From assembly GCF_001194135.2 (NCBI RefSeq), contig NC_068985.1:120837015-120879078 (forward strand): 42,064 nt of DNA. Direction: 5' to 3'. This document shows positions 1 to 12,559 of this stretch, in pieces; the stretch's first letter is position 1, and each line of letters begins with the position of its first letter. Source of the stretch: Octopus bimaculoides (Eukaryota). Under the pieces are notes generated by a model. That model saw only the letters and a list, made by a program, of their open reading frames with translations. It ran no database searches and was not told where the DNA came from. Made by a program: the position numbers and the translations under genes.

Positions 1-453
1 ATATATATATATATATATATATATATACGATGGGTTTCTATGTATGTATGTCAATTTTCAGTTTATTTTCAAGATTTGTTACCAATGGAGAAAGAACAGG
101 TTTCTAACCTAGATCCAATGTCCCTTCATTGGAATTTCAACATCAACAACAGGGTATTTTCGTACGTGTGTATATGTATGCAGGCAGGTAGGTAGGTAGG
201 TAGGTAGGTAGGTAGGTAGGTAGGTAGATATATGTGTGTTTTTGTGCGCATGTGTATTTGTATATGATTAGATATAAGTATGCGTAGAGAGGCAGAAAGA
301 TTAATAGATAGACAGACAGAGAGGGACGACGACGATGAGGAAGAGATTGATAGTAACATAGATACACAGTAGAGATCGGCTGAAATTGTAAAATCATCTA
401 GACAGAAAAATAGTGTATGTGTGTGTGTGTATGTGTGTATATATAAGTATAGC

Positions 454-488
<35 letters not shown>

Positions 489-1050
489 ATACATACGTGT
501 ATATATACGTATATATATACGTATATATACGTATATATATACGTATATATNNNNNNNNNNNNNNNNNNNNNNNNNNNNNNNNNNNNNNNNNNNNNNNNNN
601 NNNNNNNNNNNNNNNNNNNNNNNNNNNNNNNNNNNNNNNNNNNNNNNNNNNNNNNNNNNNNNNNNNNNNNNNNNNNNNNNNNNNNNNNNNNNNNNNNNNN
701 NNNNNNNNNNNNNNNNNNNNNNNNNNNNNNNNNNNNNNNNNNNNNNNNNNNNNNNNNNNNNNNNNNNNNNNNNNNNNNNNNNNNNNNNNNNNNNNNNNNN
801 NNNNNNNNNNNNNNNNNNNNNNNNNNNNNNNNNNNNNNNNNNNNNNNNNNNNNNNNNNNNNNNNNNNNNNNNNNNNNNNNNNNNNNNNNNNNNNNNNNNN
901 NNNNNNNNNNNNNNNNNNNNNNNNNNNNNNNNNNNNNNNNNNNNNNNNNNNNNNNNNNNNNNNNNNNNNNNNNNNNNNNNNNNNNNNNNNNNNNNNNNNN
1001 NNNNNNNNNNNNNNNNNNNNNNNNNNNNNNNNNNNNNNNNNNNNNNNNNN

Positions 1051-1082
<32 letters not shown>

Positions 1083-1438
1083 CATACATACATACATACA
1101 TATACGCAGACACACAGATATGCACACTCAGGCACAAAGACCCACACATATGTGAATGTTTACGAATCTATATGCGGGCATATATCTATAGGTATGTTTA
1201 ACACAATTGAGTTTTAACGTCATTGAATATAAGTATAAAAGTTGAATCGGTTCAGTGAATAGCCTATCGATCGATTGGTTTCGATGCCGCCATTTTGTTA
1301 TTGTATCTTTGTGCAGGGCAGCCTAATTAAATGAAACTCAATTTCGTTTATTAGGAAATACATACTAAACCCAATACATTCCATTTAGACTAGAGATATA
1401 GATACATCATGTGTGACATGTTGTGAAAGTAGCATAGA

Positions 1439-1760
1439 TTGCTTAACGTCGAATTGCATTCCCTAGATTCTGTTTCCTCGCTTGAAGATGATAATGATGA
1501 TTATGATTGTGAAGAAGAGACAGAGGAAGTGGATGTCGACGACAACGATGAAGATGATGATAATGAGGAGGGGGAGGAGTATGATGATGCTTTTCATGAT
1601 GATAATAATGACGATGATAACGACGTTGAGGAAGTGGGGGACGACGGTGGCGGTGACGTTGATAATAGCGGCGACGACGATGATGATGATGATGCTGAAG
1701 AGGATTATGATGAGATGATGATGAGCCAATGGTGATGACGATGCCCATGATGAGGATGTC
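1439..1760. repeat. Degenerate (GAT/GAC/GAG)n trinucleotide low-complexity tract
   Basis: Runs of gatgat/gacgac/gaggag give poly-D/E, poly-M and poly-H/I translations in different frames; no splice signals or domain. Confidence 0.85.
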
Positions 1761-1782
1761 GTGGCTATCATTGATTAAACCC

Positions 1783-1870
1783 ATGGGCCAATGCTTTGTA
1801 CCATAGTCTCAGGCCAACTAAAGCCTTGTGAGTTGATTTGGGACACGGAAGCTGAAAGAAGCCTATCAAA
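1783..1870 (+). mobile_element. 5'-truncated fragment of SINE family A, directly upstream of a second copy
   Basis: ccatagtctcaggccaactaaagccttgtgagttgatttggg...ggaagctgaaagaagcc matches the same block at 1966-2030, 18217-18258 and 40184-40245. Confidence 0.8.
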
Positions 1871-1879
1871 TATATATGA

Positions 1880-2640
1880 GTCGCTGTGTGGTAAGTAGCT
1901 TGCTTACCAACCACATGGTTCCGGGTTCAGTCTCACTGCGTGGCACCTTGGACAAGTGTCTTCTACTATTGCCTCGGGCCGACCAAAGCCTGGTGAGTGG
2001 ATTTGGTAGACGGAAACTGAAAGACGCCCGTCGTATATATGTATATATGTATTTGTGAGTATATGNNNNNNNNNNNNNNNNNNNNNNNNNNNNNNNNNNN
2101 NNNNNNNNNNNNNNNNNNNNNNNNNNNNNNNNNNNNNNNNNNNNNNNNNNNNNNNNNNNNNNNNNNNNNNNNNNNNNNNNNNNNNNNNNNNNNNNNNNNN
2201 NNNNNNNNNNNNNNNNNNNNNNNNNNNNNNNNNNNNNNNNNNNNNNNNNNNNNNNNNNNNNNNNNNNNNNNNNNNNNNNNNNNNNNNNNNNNNNNNNNNN
2301 NNNNNNNNNNNNNNNNNNNNNNNNNNNNNNNNNNNNNNNNNNNNNNNNNNNNNNNNNNNNNNNNNNNNNNNNNNNNNNNNNNNNNNNTATATATATATTG
2401 TGTATGTGCGCGCGCACTTCTTTGCATTTGTGTTTGTCCTCTACCAGCGCTTACAAACTGATGTTGGTGTGTTTACGTCCCCGTTACGTAGCATTTTGAC
2501 AAAAGACGTCGGTAGAATCAGTATCAGGCTTTAAAACTACTTACAAAGAATAAGTCCCGGGGTCGATTTGCTCGACTAAAGGCGCTGCTCCAGCATGGCC
2601 GCAGTCAAGTGACTGAAAGAAATAAAATAATAAAAGAATA
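1880..2640 (+). mobile_element. Near-complete tRNA-derived SINE, family A (octopus-type), with central microsatellite/gap
   Basis: Head gctgtgtggtaag...ccgggttcagtctcactgcgtggcaccttgg (B-box-like GGTTCAGTC); (TA/TG)n plus gap 2066-2387; 3' module gtgtttgtcc...ggggtcgatttgctcgactaaaggcg...catggccgcagtcaagtgactgaaa with A-rich tail. The same modules recur at 11720, 18121, 29093, 32915, 34358 and 40093. Confidence 0.9.
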
Positions 2641-2681
2641 GTCTAATAGTATATTTCATAACATTTTATTGTTATTATTGT

Positions 2682-2973
2682 TTATCTTTGATGAAAACTC
2701 TCAGTTTATTTAGCTGGATATTATGGACAGTGTCACCTGTCCACAGCCAACAGACTAACGTGACATTTGTTTGCAGGTCATGCTTCAAGAACCCTGCGAA
2801 GAATTTCCTGCAGTTTCCAGCAATGCTGATTTTTTTGTAGGTGTTCTATCTTCACATTTGTACCAATCTTTTTGGAGCAATGTTCGTAGTTGAGTGCCAA
2901 TAACTCCAAGTGCGCCAATTACTATTGGCATCACGTCTACTCTCCTCACTGACCACAACTTTCGTATTTCCTT
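2682..2973 (-). mobile_element. 3' end of an RLE-type non-LTR retrotransposon (R4/Dong-like), 5'-truncated and frameshifted
   Basis: Minus strand reads KEIRKLWSVRRVDVMPIVIGALGVIG and then, after frameshifts, the (EHLQ)KSALLETA..LRRVLEA* terminus (stop 2778-2780), typical of the RLE C-terminus. Flanked by (TTA/TTG)n at 2973-3030 and a ttattgttattattg tract at ~2666-2680. Confidence 0.85.
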
Positions 2974-3055
2974 GTTGTTGTTATTATTATTATTATTATT
3001 GTTGTTGTAGTTGTTGCTGTTTATTTATTGTTACTTATGTCCCTATTATCATTAA

Positions 3056-3086
3056 TATTATTCATTTCATCTCTTTTCAGGTAAGC
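3056..3086 (+). promoter_or_regulatory. Juxtaposed 3'/5' splice site (candidate recursive splice site) TTTTCAG|GTAAGC
   Basis: ttcatttcatctcttttcag (pyrimidine tract + CAG, G at 3080) is immediately followed by GTAAGC; a TTAAT branch-point-like motif lies ~28 nt upstream. Confidence 0.35.
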
Positions 3087-4866
3087 TTCTTCCAACGTCA
3101 TCTCTGGTGTATTTGGTCGGTGAGAAAATATTACATCATTATTTTCTTCTGCTAGCAAAAATATTAGTAATGCCTACATGTATTTAATTTTACATTTACC
3201 TTGTTTATTTATTTATATATTAACTCATACATTTATTCACATTAATTCATACATTCATTTCCGTTCATTAGAAAAGCTAGTTTTCTAATGAACGGAAGTT
3301 AATTAACATCGACCACAAGAAAACCATTTTTTCCCATGATATATACAATGAAGATGTTGTTAACATTAATAATAATACTGTTCGGCTGTGTTTCTTTTTT
3401 CTTTCTTCTTTTCCTTTTTTGATAATACTGGAGAGAATATAACACACTGAATGCACTGGCTCATCAGCTGCATAAAGACATTAGGATATTATCAACATAA
3501 TCTTATATAAATGTGGAACATACAGTCTGATTTTTCAGCATATATATTTCATACATATAACCGTCATTACACAAGTGTTTATGTATTGGTCGATCTCATA
3601 ATATATAAAACTGCTATTTATTTGAGAAAGTAGAAAAGCCTATAACGGGAGCTAATATATCAAACAATTTAATATTATAAAATCTAAAACATTGGGTATA
3701 TACAGATATAAATGTATATTCGCATGTAGAATCACACTCACACACACATATATATGTAAAATCACACTCACTCACATATATATGAAAAAAGCAAAAGACA
3801 CCATGAACGTCGTGCACAAGTATGAGCTTTTCATCATAATTTTGACACCTAAGCTTTTTCCTATAAATTTCTTTGTCGACGTTTTGTACTATTTCCCCCA
3901 ATAAAATTGTAACGGAACGCAGCAGTGTTTTTGCTCACAACTTGTACATGTATACACACATGTATGTATATGCATATTCATATACACATGTATATATATG
4001 TATATATATATGTATATGTATATATATANNNNNNNNNNNNNNNNNNNNNNNNNNNNNNNNNNNNNNNNNNNNNNNNNNNNNNNNNNNNNNNNNNNNNNNN
4101 NNNNNNNNNNNNNNNNNNNNNNNNNNNNNNNNNNNNNNNNNNNNNNNNNNNNNNNNNNNNNNNNNNNNNNNNNNNNNNNNNNNNNNNNNNNNNNNNNNNN
4201 NNNNNNNNNNNNNNNNNNNNNNNNNNNNNNNNNNNNNNNNNNNNNNNNNNNNNNNNNNNNNNNNNNNNNNNNNNNNNNNNNNNNNNNNNNNNNNNNNNNN
4301 NNNNNNNNNNNNNNNNNNNNNNNNNNNNNNNNNNNNNNNNNNNNNNNNNNNNNNNNNNNNNNNNNNNNNNNNNNNNNNNNNNNNNNNNNNNNNNNNNNNN
4401 NNNNNNNNNNNNNNNNNNNNNNNNNNNNNNNNNNNNNNNNNNNNNNNNNNNNNNNNNNNNNNNNNNNNNNNNNNNNNNNNNNNNNNNNNNNNNNNNNNNN
4501 NNNNNNNNNNNNNNNNNNNNNNNNNNNNNNNNNNATATATATATATATATAAGTATATATGTACACACAAATATACATATATGCATATATAGACACGTAC
4601 ATATATACATAGATGTTTATGTATATACATGTGTGTGTGTGTGTGTGTGTGTATGTGTGTGTGTGTAAATTGGTTCAATGGCTTAAACAGCAAAACTAAA
4701 AGTCCCAGTCGAAACATATGTTTACCAAACCTTATTGTCCTTTATCTATCAGTTTTTGTAACCTGTGCATATTTTATTGTTATTCTTAATTATTATTCAA
4801 AAATAACCTTAACTTATCATTAAATAAGTCCATATGCGTGCGCGATGGCAATCAAGTGTATGCGCG

Positions 4867-4913
<47 letters not shown>

Positions 4914-6424
4914 ACATACACACGCATACGCATGCTCACGCCCACCTACATATACGTACGTGTATATATATATATATATATACATGTACATATTTACACA
5001 CACGTATACATATGTGTGTGTTCGTGCGTTAATAATAATTATGCAAATTACCAGGCATAGAATAAATTATGATCAATAAAAGTTTTTGAAGTAATTAAAA
5101 TTTTATTACAAAAAATTAATGGAGTGCTGGACCAAAGGTAATGAGTTCATGTTGAAAAAAAACACTTTGTCTAGGCAAATTACTTTGATAACTTTTCTAA
5201 TTACCATTTTTATTTTACAATTGAATGGTTATTGTTTGAAGGAGACACCCACGTCGAGTCAGATAACAAAAACAGTGTATACATGTTTTCTGGACTCTCA
5301 TAGGAGGAAGAGCAGGGATAATTTTGCAAAGTTACATTGGGTGATGTTCAATTTGGGTTGCTGCAAATGTGTTTTTGGACTTCAGGTTATTGTAAACTGG
5401 GTGATAGACCAAGGATGAAAAGGTTTTTGTCAAATGTCTCTAAATCATTTATATATATTCCTTAAAATATTTCAATGAAAAAGAGTAGAAAATTCACTAT
5501 AAACATTTAACGTAAAAGTATATTTTTATTGAACGCATCATTTGGCGTTAAAATCCATTCAAATTAGTCAAAGTGTTTACATGGTGTTTATAATGAAATA
5601 TGCTATGAAGCCTATATGGAAACTTTAGCTTCAGGAAGCTGCAGTAGATGCATTTCGTTATTGTATAGTGTCAGGTATTTGATAATGAGAACACCTCTAG
5701 TGGTGGCATTAAATATATAATTCACTGAACGGTATATGTTGTATATTTTATTAAATCTAATGTAAAACAAACGTAATCTTACAGGAAAAATTATTTTGAG
5801 AACTAATCTATATTAATGAGAGTACGAAGCGAAGAATCAGACGAGGAATTCCGAGAGACCTTTATTAATTCTTCCGGCATACCATAAATGCCACGCATTC
5901 TCTGTATTGAATGTCAGACGTTCATAAATATTTTGCTAAAAACACAGAACCAAGTTGAAAGGCAATTATAGTATCATTACGAAACTGATAGAAAGTATAG
6001 CATAGTCAGAAATTGCAGTTGCCTCTCGGTAAAGGATAATGACATTAAATTAATAGGTTAGTATTATATTCATCGAATTGCAGAACGGTAAAATCTGAGG
6101 AAACTAGTTTGTTTTCCACAGTTAATATGTATTTCGAACAGTTGAAACAGTGGAAAATGTTATATGAAATGAGAAAGAAAGAAGGTTCACGTTTCAGTTA
6201 GAACACCGGCATCATGCGGTGTTTAAAGGTGATAAAATCTGGATTAAAGGAGATGAGAAAGGATAGGAGGTTACAGTGGTGGTAAGAGAAGCAGCAAATG
6301 TTATTGGAGAGAAGAAGCAAAGGTCAAAGCGGCCAGGAGAAAATATAATGAATACTAATTTTAAGACTGACACGTGCATATATATATATATGCACACATG
6401 CACACGCATGCATGCACACACACT

Positions 6425-6455
<31 letters not shown>

Positions 6456-6554
6456 ACACATACACGCACACACACACACATACACACATACACACATATA
6501 CAAACATGTGTGTCCCAGACAATGGCACCTGCACATATATGTATATGTATTTGC

Positions 6555-6611
<57 letters not shown>

Positions 6612-7714
6612 AGGATACGGTGGTAACGCTAGCTGAAGTATACTTTGAATCAATTGAGTGAGTTAACTGATTGCATGGATAATATTTTCTGTATATACAA
6701 ATTGAAAATATGTATCTATACTGAATGTGATGAACAGTAACACAATTCCATAAAATACTGCAGGTGTATCACCACATAAAAGATATTGATATATATTTTA
6801 TAAAATTATTTGACATTATGGTATGTAAAAACTAAAACCAGAATATTGTAAATTGTTAGTGTCACTTACCTATAGTACATGTGGTAGAAGAGATAACTTG
6901 CCATAGTAAATTAGTTGAGCTACTGTGCTCTACTTTTTCGGGCACCTACTTCTAAAAATCCAAAGTAATTGAGGACGGATTGAATCAACTGGCGCTGGGT
7001 CATCAAAATTATGAACTGGATTAACAGTTGCGTTAGTTTTGGGATAAACTGGTTTGAAGAGTAAAACAGGTTTCAATTTTTTTACCTTGTTGGTACTAAT
7101 TTCAGATAATATGCTCTCTGAGATCCTTGAAATGTTGGTTGAACAGCAGTTTCTCTTGTGAAGTAAATTTACCAACGTACAAAATATTGTTATCAAGCGA
7201 TTCACATGTAACAGAGTTTGCACATTTTGGACAACGATTCATCTTCATCAAACTTAATATTTTTACTGTCACCAACTAGAACTCCATCTACTATTTCTTC
7301 TGCACTTTGTGTATTCTAACCAGAATCTGAAATAAATTACTCTGACATCTCCTAAATATACTTGGAAATCGTATTGTTTTTCCATTTCGTAGACAATTTT
7401 TTCGAGCCTTAACCTAAAATGATAGACATTAGTTCTTCGCATGAAGTTTTCCAATGAAATATTGCAGGCTTGAGATTGTAATTCCTGATGTTATTAAGAA
7501 TTCTTTTTCTTCGTGTGTCTTTAATAGAATCGTCTTCTTTTATTACGATGGAACTATATCCAAATACCTTCTCCTTTGGCATTATCTCTTACAGCCAACA
7601 GTTATACTAGACGGGATTCAGTGTTTACATTTAAACAGTGTAGATGGAAGAAAGTTTTCATTGACATGAAATTTAGCTTTGGAGTTATTTATGAGTGCAT
7701 TGTTGAAGATAGTT

Positions 7715-7806
7715 AGACAGACAGACAGACAGGCAAGCAGACAGACAGACAGACAGGCAGACAGGCAGACAGACAGACAGACAGACAGACAGATAGACAG
7801 ACAGAC

Positions 7807-7867
<61 letters not shown>
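7715..7867. repeat. Compound (AGAC)n-(AGAT)n tetranucleotide microsatellite
   Basis: Directly visible tandem repeats. Confidence 0.97.
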
Positions 7868-7868
<1 letters not shown>

Positions 7869-8049
7869 ACAAATACGTTATATCATTGTGTATGTTACAT
7901 TATTATGTAACATACATAACAACATTTAACAGTTGCTAGGCTGAATATTACAGAAATAAATGAGGTCTCTAATTAAGATGCCACGCAATAATTTGTTTCT
8001 TTTGAAAGAGAAGGGCGAAGAATTAGAAGGTATAGAAGCAGTAGAAATT

Positions 8050-8590
8050 GTACCAGATAGTTAATTGAAGATCATGGCGAACAGTTTAAATGTTGTAGAA
8101 AATGAAACTGTCTTCGTGAGTGTACATTTGGGATAAAAGCGAAGAGTTTTAGTCATTGGCTTGGGTTATTTGGTGTTTGGTGCCAACTGATACAGGGTAA
8201 CCCCGTACATAGAAGGAATGTTGCATTTCATCAACATTTGAAGATAAATCTATCTACTACATAATCGTCGGAGTCAAGGAAATTACTACAAAGGGATGTC
8301 AGTTCTAGTGTGAGTAGGCTTGGCTTCTTACGTCCTCAACTTTCGATGGAGTCATATCGTTTGCAGTAGGACATACTGTATATTAATTTTCTCCATCTGT
8401 TGCGTTAAGCAGCAGCGATCTGCCTTCGATAATGGTTTTTTGTCCGTCCAGTATGGAGAGGAAGGCAGAAGGGAAAGTTGAGTTGGGAGAAATCTAACCT
8501 AAAAGCTGTTTAGAATGTGTCAATGGTAAGTGCACCTTCCAGATGTGTGACAAGATCATTAAGTGTTAGGTGAATTTTTCGTTTGTTAAA
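8050..8590 (-). mobile_element. Possible highly degenerate LINE ORF2 fragment (endonuclease end/linker, I/Nimb-like)
   Basis: Minus-strand pieces in several frames: LNDLVTHLEGALTIDTF (resembles the APE T..G..IDL motif), HYRRQIAAA*RNRWRKLIYSMS and MTPSKVEDVRSQ (resemble the K..SWR.F.S.LN..TP..KVW linker). Multiple stops and frameshifts. Confidence 0.3.
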
Positions 8591-10759
8591 AGATTAATAA
8601 CTGTTGCGTCGTATGCCGACGAGGCTTTGTAACTATAAACAGCAACAACAAAAACATTGATTACATGGAAACAAAACGTTGACCAATTCGGTCCACTCTG
8701 TTTGAAAATATTATGCTAAACGGTTTATTCTCTTCGCCCTTTTAAAGTCAGAAATAAAACTTAATCGGTGATAATTAACGTACGAAAATTGGTGTATCAA
8801 AGCGTGATGGTTTTAATAGATTTAATTAATATTCACTATATGGCGGAGTTTGTAAATTAATAATATTTACAACATTAAAAATAATTTTAATTAATTTTGT
8901 GACATAATTTCGAACAGTTAGTTTTAATTATGGGTATCAAGAATGACACATATTTACGTTGGTGTTAGCGAGATTTTGAAATTCAGTGTATATGTAAATA
9001 TGCGTTTGTGATTTTGTGCATACTTGTGTATATGTCTGTATTTCTACGTGTAACTGTTTAATGCTTGTAAAGGTTTGAAGCTTGTCAAGTGTATGATATA
9101 AATGTGCGTAAATGCGTGTGAATATGTTAAAATTATAAAATTACGAGTATATTTTTAAACACACGCATGTGCATATGTGTGCACATGTGTATTCGTGTAT
9201 ATATATATATATATATATAATTTTCATATATGTATAATATTACACATGTGCATATATGTTTGGTGTTTCCGTTTATATAAATATGTGTATTGAGTGAAAG
9301 AGAAAGAGAGGAGCGATGAGGCATACATAAATTTACTTTATATTGTATTTGTGTTATTTTATTTTTTTCAAAGTGGATGCATCATTTTAAGTGCACTAAT
9401 GGCAGCAAATTACCAGCCTTGCAAGCATTTACCCTGTGCTGCATCATTTATGCGCATCAACTCTGCACATAAAGATTACACAGACTTAATTATTTCCATC
9501 AGAGCTAAACATAACCAGAGCTTCCTCTTTTTTTTTTAATGTGTTTTTATTAATCCCATCGGTAGCTTTTAGCAAGTGTTATTAATAAAGTGTTTCTCCC
9601 TGCTATTTAATCCACTGTCCTTCTATGACAGAGAAACAAAGCTTAGAAACAATACCATCAAAACATCTTCGACTTAATATTCGAAATATATAGAATTTCC
9701 CAAATGATTTAGATGTGGATTTTTTTTCCTTGATGAGTCTGAAGAAGGGACAGCGCCCATGACTTTTGCCGTCCCTTCGTGACCAGTCAGCTTCATGTTG
9801 TTATTGATCCGTTTAAACTAGTGTGGATCAACTCAAACAAGAAACACATAAATTTCGAGAAGATTCAGTGATTCGGCTCTGAGTCTAACATTATTGTTAT
9901 TATTATTATTATTGTCGTTTAACGCTCAGGTCACTTTCTGGTCGAACAAATTATGAAAGTCGTTCCAGCCGTGAACATTTCGCATTTTGGTATATTCTTC
10001 GCTCTTCTCGTTCTCTAGCATTCATCCAGTACGAACTCCAGACACTGCACTAATCACTTCAGTCAGTCCTTCTCACCATCCCAGAATCACTGGGATGTTG
10101 GCGGCATAAATTTCATTCGTTCTGGGAAGGTCTGCGATAACAAAGGTCACAGCACCCCATTCCACCTTATGACGAAGCAAATAAATGACGAACATTATCT
10201 TACGTAATATTCTGTGCTTAAAACGGTATTGGGTCATTTAGGGAACAACGGACTACTATTTCTAACAGGATGTCGGACTACATACAAGCAAACTCATTTG
10301 TTTGAGTAATATTAGTTAGATTGTAAAATCAAACTGATAGGAATATATAAGAATAAAGAAACTCCTTTCAGCGTTGTTTACTCAATGACTTAAGTGAAAT
10401 TCTTTTTAAAATCAATTTAATTTAAATTATATAGTTTAATTACGTAATTAAGAAATTAATGATGCTTATGCAAATGAAAAAGTTGTTTCACATAATTATT
10501 TACATATATATATGCATATTATACTATATATATGTGTGTATGTGTGTGTGCGTATGTATGTGTGTGCGTGTATATATGTGTGTGTGTGTACCTTCTATTT
10601 ATAAATGTTCTAAAATCTTCACAGCCTTGGTTTTTTTTATCTCATTCTGAAAACAAATTTATAGATAGATAGATAGATAGATATACATATATTACATATT
10701 ATTATATTATGTNNNNNNNNNNNNNNNNNNNNNNNNNNNNNNNNNNNNNNNNNNNNNNN

Positions 10760-10805
<46 letters not shown>

Positions 10806-11716
10806 GTATGTATGTATATATACACATATATTACATTATATTGTGTTATACATACATACATATATACATGCATACATACATACATACATACATAAACATA
10901 CAAATATGTGTATGTGTATTTGCGTTGCGGAGAGTGTGTATGTAATGTCGCTATTGATTTTATGACTCCTGGAAGACAAAGACGAAATCGTACTTCAAAT
11001 GTTTTATATCCAACTCGGTTGTAGTGTGGATACTGAATGCAGTTGTTGATCTGTTAGATATGCACAAACAATAAAATATGCAAACGAAGCAGATAATAAA
11101 TAAATACATAAAGAAATACATAAATAACGAAAGAAATAAAAGAGCAATGACGTAGTTATGCCACAGATAAAACACACACGAGCAGCAATTTTAGAAACGG
11201 TGGCAAGAGTAGTATTGTCAGTGAGGAGAATGATCTAAAGGATGTATGGAGGCAGAGGAAGCGAGTAAGATCGAGTGAAAACAGATGAATGAAAACGAAA
11301 TAACTTAATGAACTCCGCAATTACAATAGACCTCAGTTGTATGTGAATCATTATAACGTGGACTGTTGCTGCTCTGTCTATTTGAAATACACTCTCAGAT
11401 AATAAAAGGAACCAAATTACTCTTGCACTTATTAACGTTGTCAATATGCTCTTGTTGCGTTCTCTTTTTTCTTTTGTGTTGTCGTCTTTTTTATCATGGT
11501 TGCTGCCATTCCTGTGGTTGTTATCGTTTCTGTCATCGTTACCCTGCATGCAATCACTGTCGACAATGGAGACATCATTGCTGTCACTATTGTGAACTTC
11601 AATCTTTGTGGTTGTCATTATTGTTGTTGTTAGCAATGTTGTCTCAGTCGAAGTCGTCTTCGTAGACGTAAGCGTCTTCAACAGCATCCATCTCTATAAA
11701 TCAAGAAAGACGTGGA

Positions 11717-12120
11717 TGTGAGGTGAGAAGTTTGCTTCCCAGCCACATGGTTCCGGGTTCAGTCCCACTACGAGGTACCTTGGGGAAGTCTCTTCTATTA
11801 TAACCCCGGATCTTGCGAGCAGAAAAGCCCGCCGTCTATATGCGTGTGTGTGCGCGCGTGCGCGAGTTTGTGTGTGCTTGCGTGCGTGCATGTGTGTGTA
11901 TGTGTGTGTATGCGTTTGTGTGTGTATACGTGTGTGTGAGTGCTTTCCCCTACTGCTGCTTCACAACCTGCATTGATTTGTGTATGTCTCCATAAACTAG
12001 CGGTTCACCATATGAGACCGATTTAGTAAGTACTACAGTTTTTAAAAAATCGAGACCTGGGTCGATCTGTTCGAATAAAACCGTTCAAAGCAATGCCCTG
12101 GTGTGACTACAATCTTAAAT
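11717..12120 (+). mobile_element. Diverged SINE family A copy with internal (TG)n
   Basis: Head cccagccacatggttccgggttcagtcccactacgaggtaccttgggg; central (TG)n 11840-11940; 3' module ctagcggttc...gagaccgat...ctgggtcgatctgttcgaataaaaccgttcaaagcaatgccc. Confidence 0.8.
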
Positions 12121-12559
12121 AAAGATTTTGTTACTAATCTCTGCAGTATAAAAGATTGCGTATGTCTATGCAGGTTTGATAAATGTGTGTTTATGGATGC
12201 GTGCGTGCGTGCGTTTCTGATTGTGTATGTCTGTCAGCACATTTTAGATGTGTGTATATGTTTATCAACATATTGAATATGATGAAACGAAAGTATGTCT
12301 CAGCTTTATGTCTACAGTCTTTGAGAGAATGACATTAGATTTTAGATATAATGCATAAGTGAATGTATATCTGGTAACCCAAAGATTTAGTTGGCTATCT
12401 CTTAAATGAAATGATACAAACAGCCAGCACTTCACACAACAATCAAATATTCCTAGGTTTCCTGCACATAATATGGTAACGACCGAGATAACGTTCATCA
12501 CAGACCTGCCTCCGTGTGTGTTGATTTGGGGCTAATAGCGTATAGCAAATATGAAAAGT

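Noticed and set aside
1439-1735. 98-aa acidic ORF (poly-D/E)
   Set aside because: Translation of a degenerate (GAT)n tract; other frames give equally homopolymeric products and there is no domain or splice context.
394-4717. Many YIYI/HTHT/CVCV ORFs around gaps
   Set aside because: Dinucleotide-repeat artefacts read through Ns; the same applies throughout the window.
8452-8525. Plus-strand exon-like segment (ttttttgtccgtccAG ... ATG|GTAAGT)
   Set aside because: All three frames contain stops; could only be non-coding and there is no other support.
9735-9785. CTGAAGAAGGG...CCC and an 8-bp GAAGGGAC/GTCCCTTC hairpin
   Set aside because: Lacks GAAA/stem III, so not a hammerhead; an isolated 8-bp stem is expected by chance.
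9915-9990. Similarity to 35133-35215 as a dispersed repeat (caggtc...gaacaaat...tga.aaag)
   Set aside because: Probably two old copies of one retroposon tail, but identity is too low to define boundaries without a consensus.
10960-11055. Minus-strand acceptor followed by INNCIQYPHYNRVGYKTFE / STTAFSIHTTTELDIKHLKYDF
   Set aside because: No convincing donor, no recognisable domain, too short to call.
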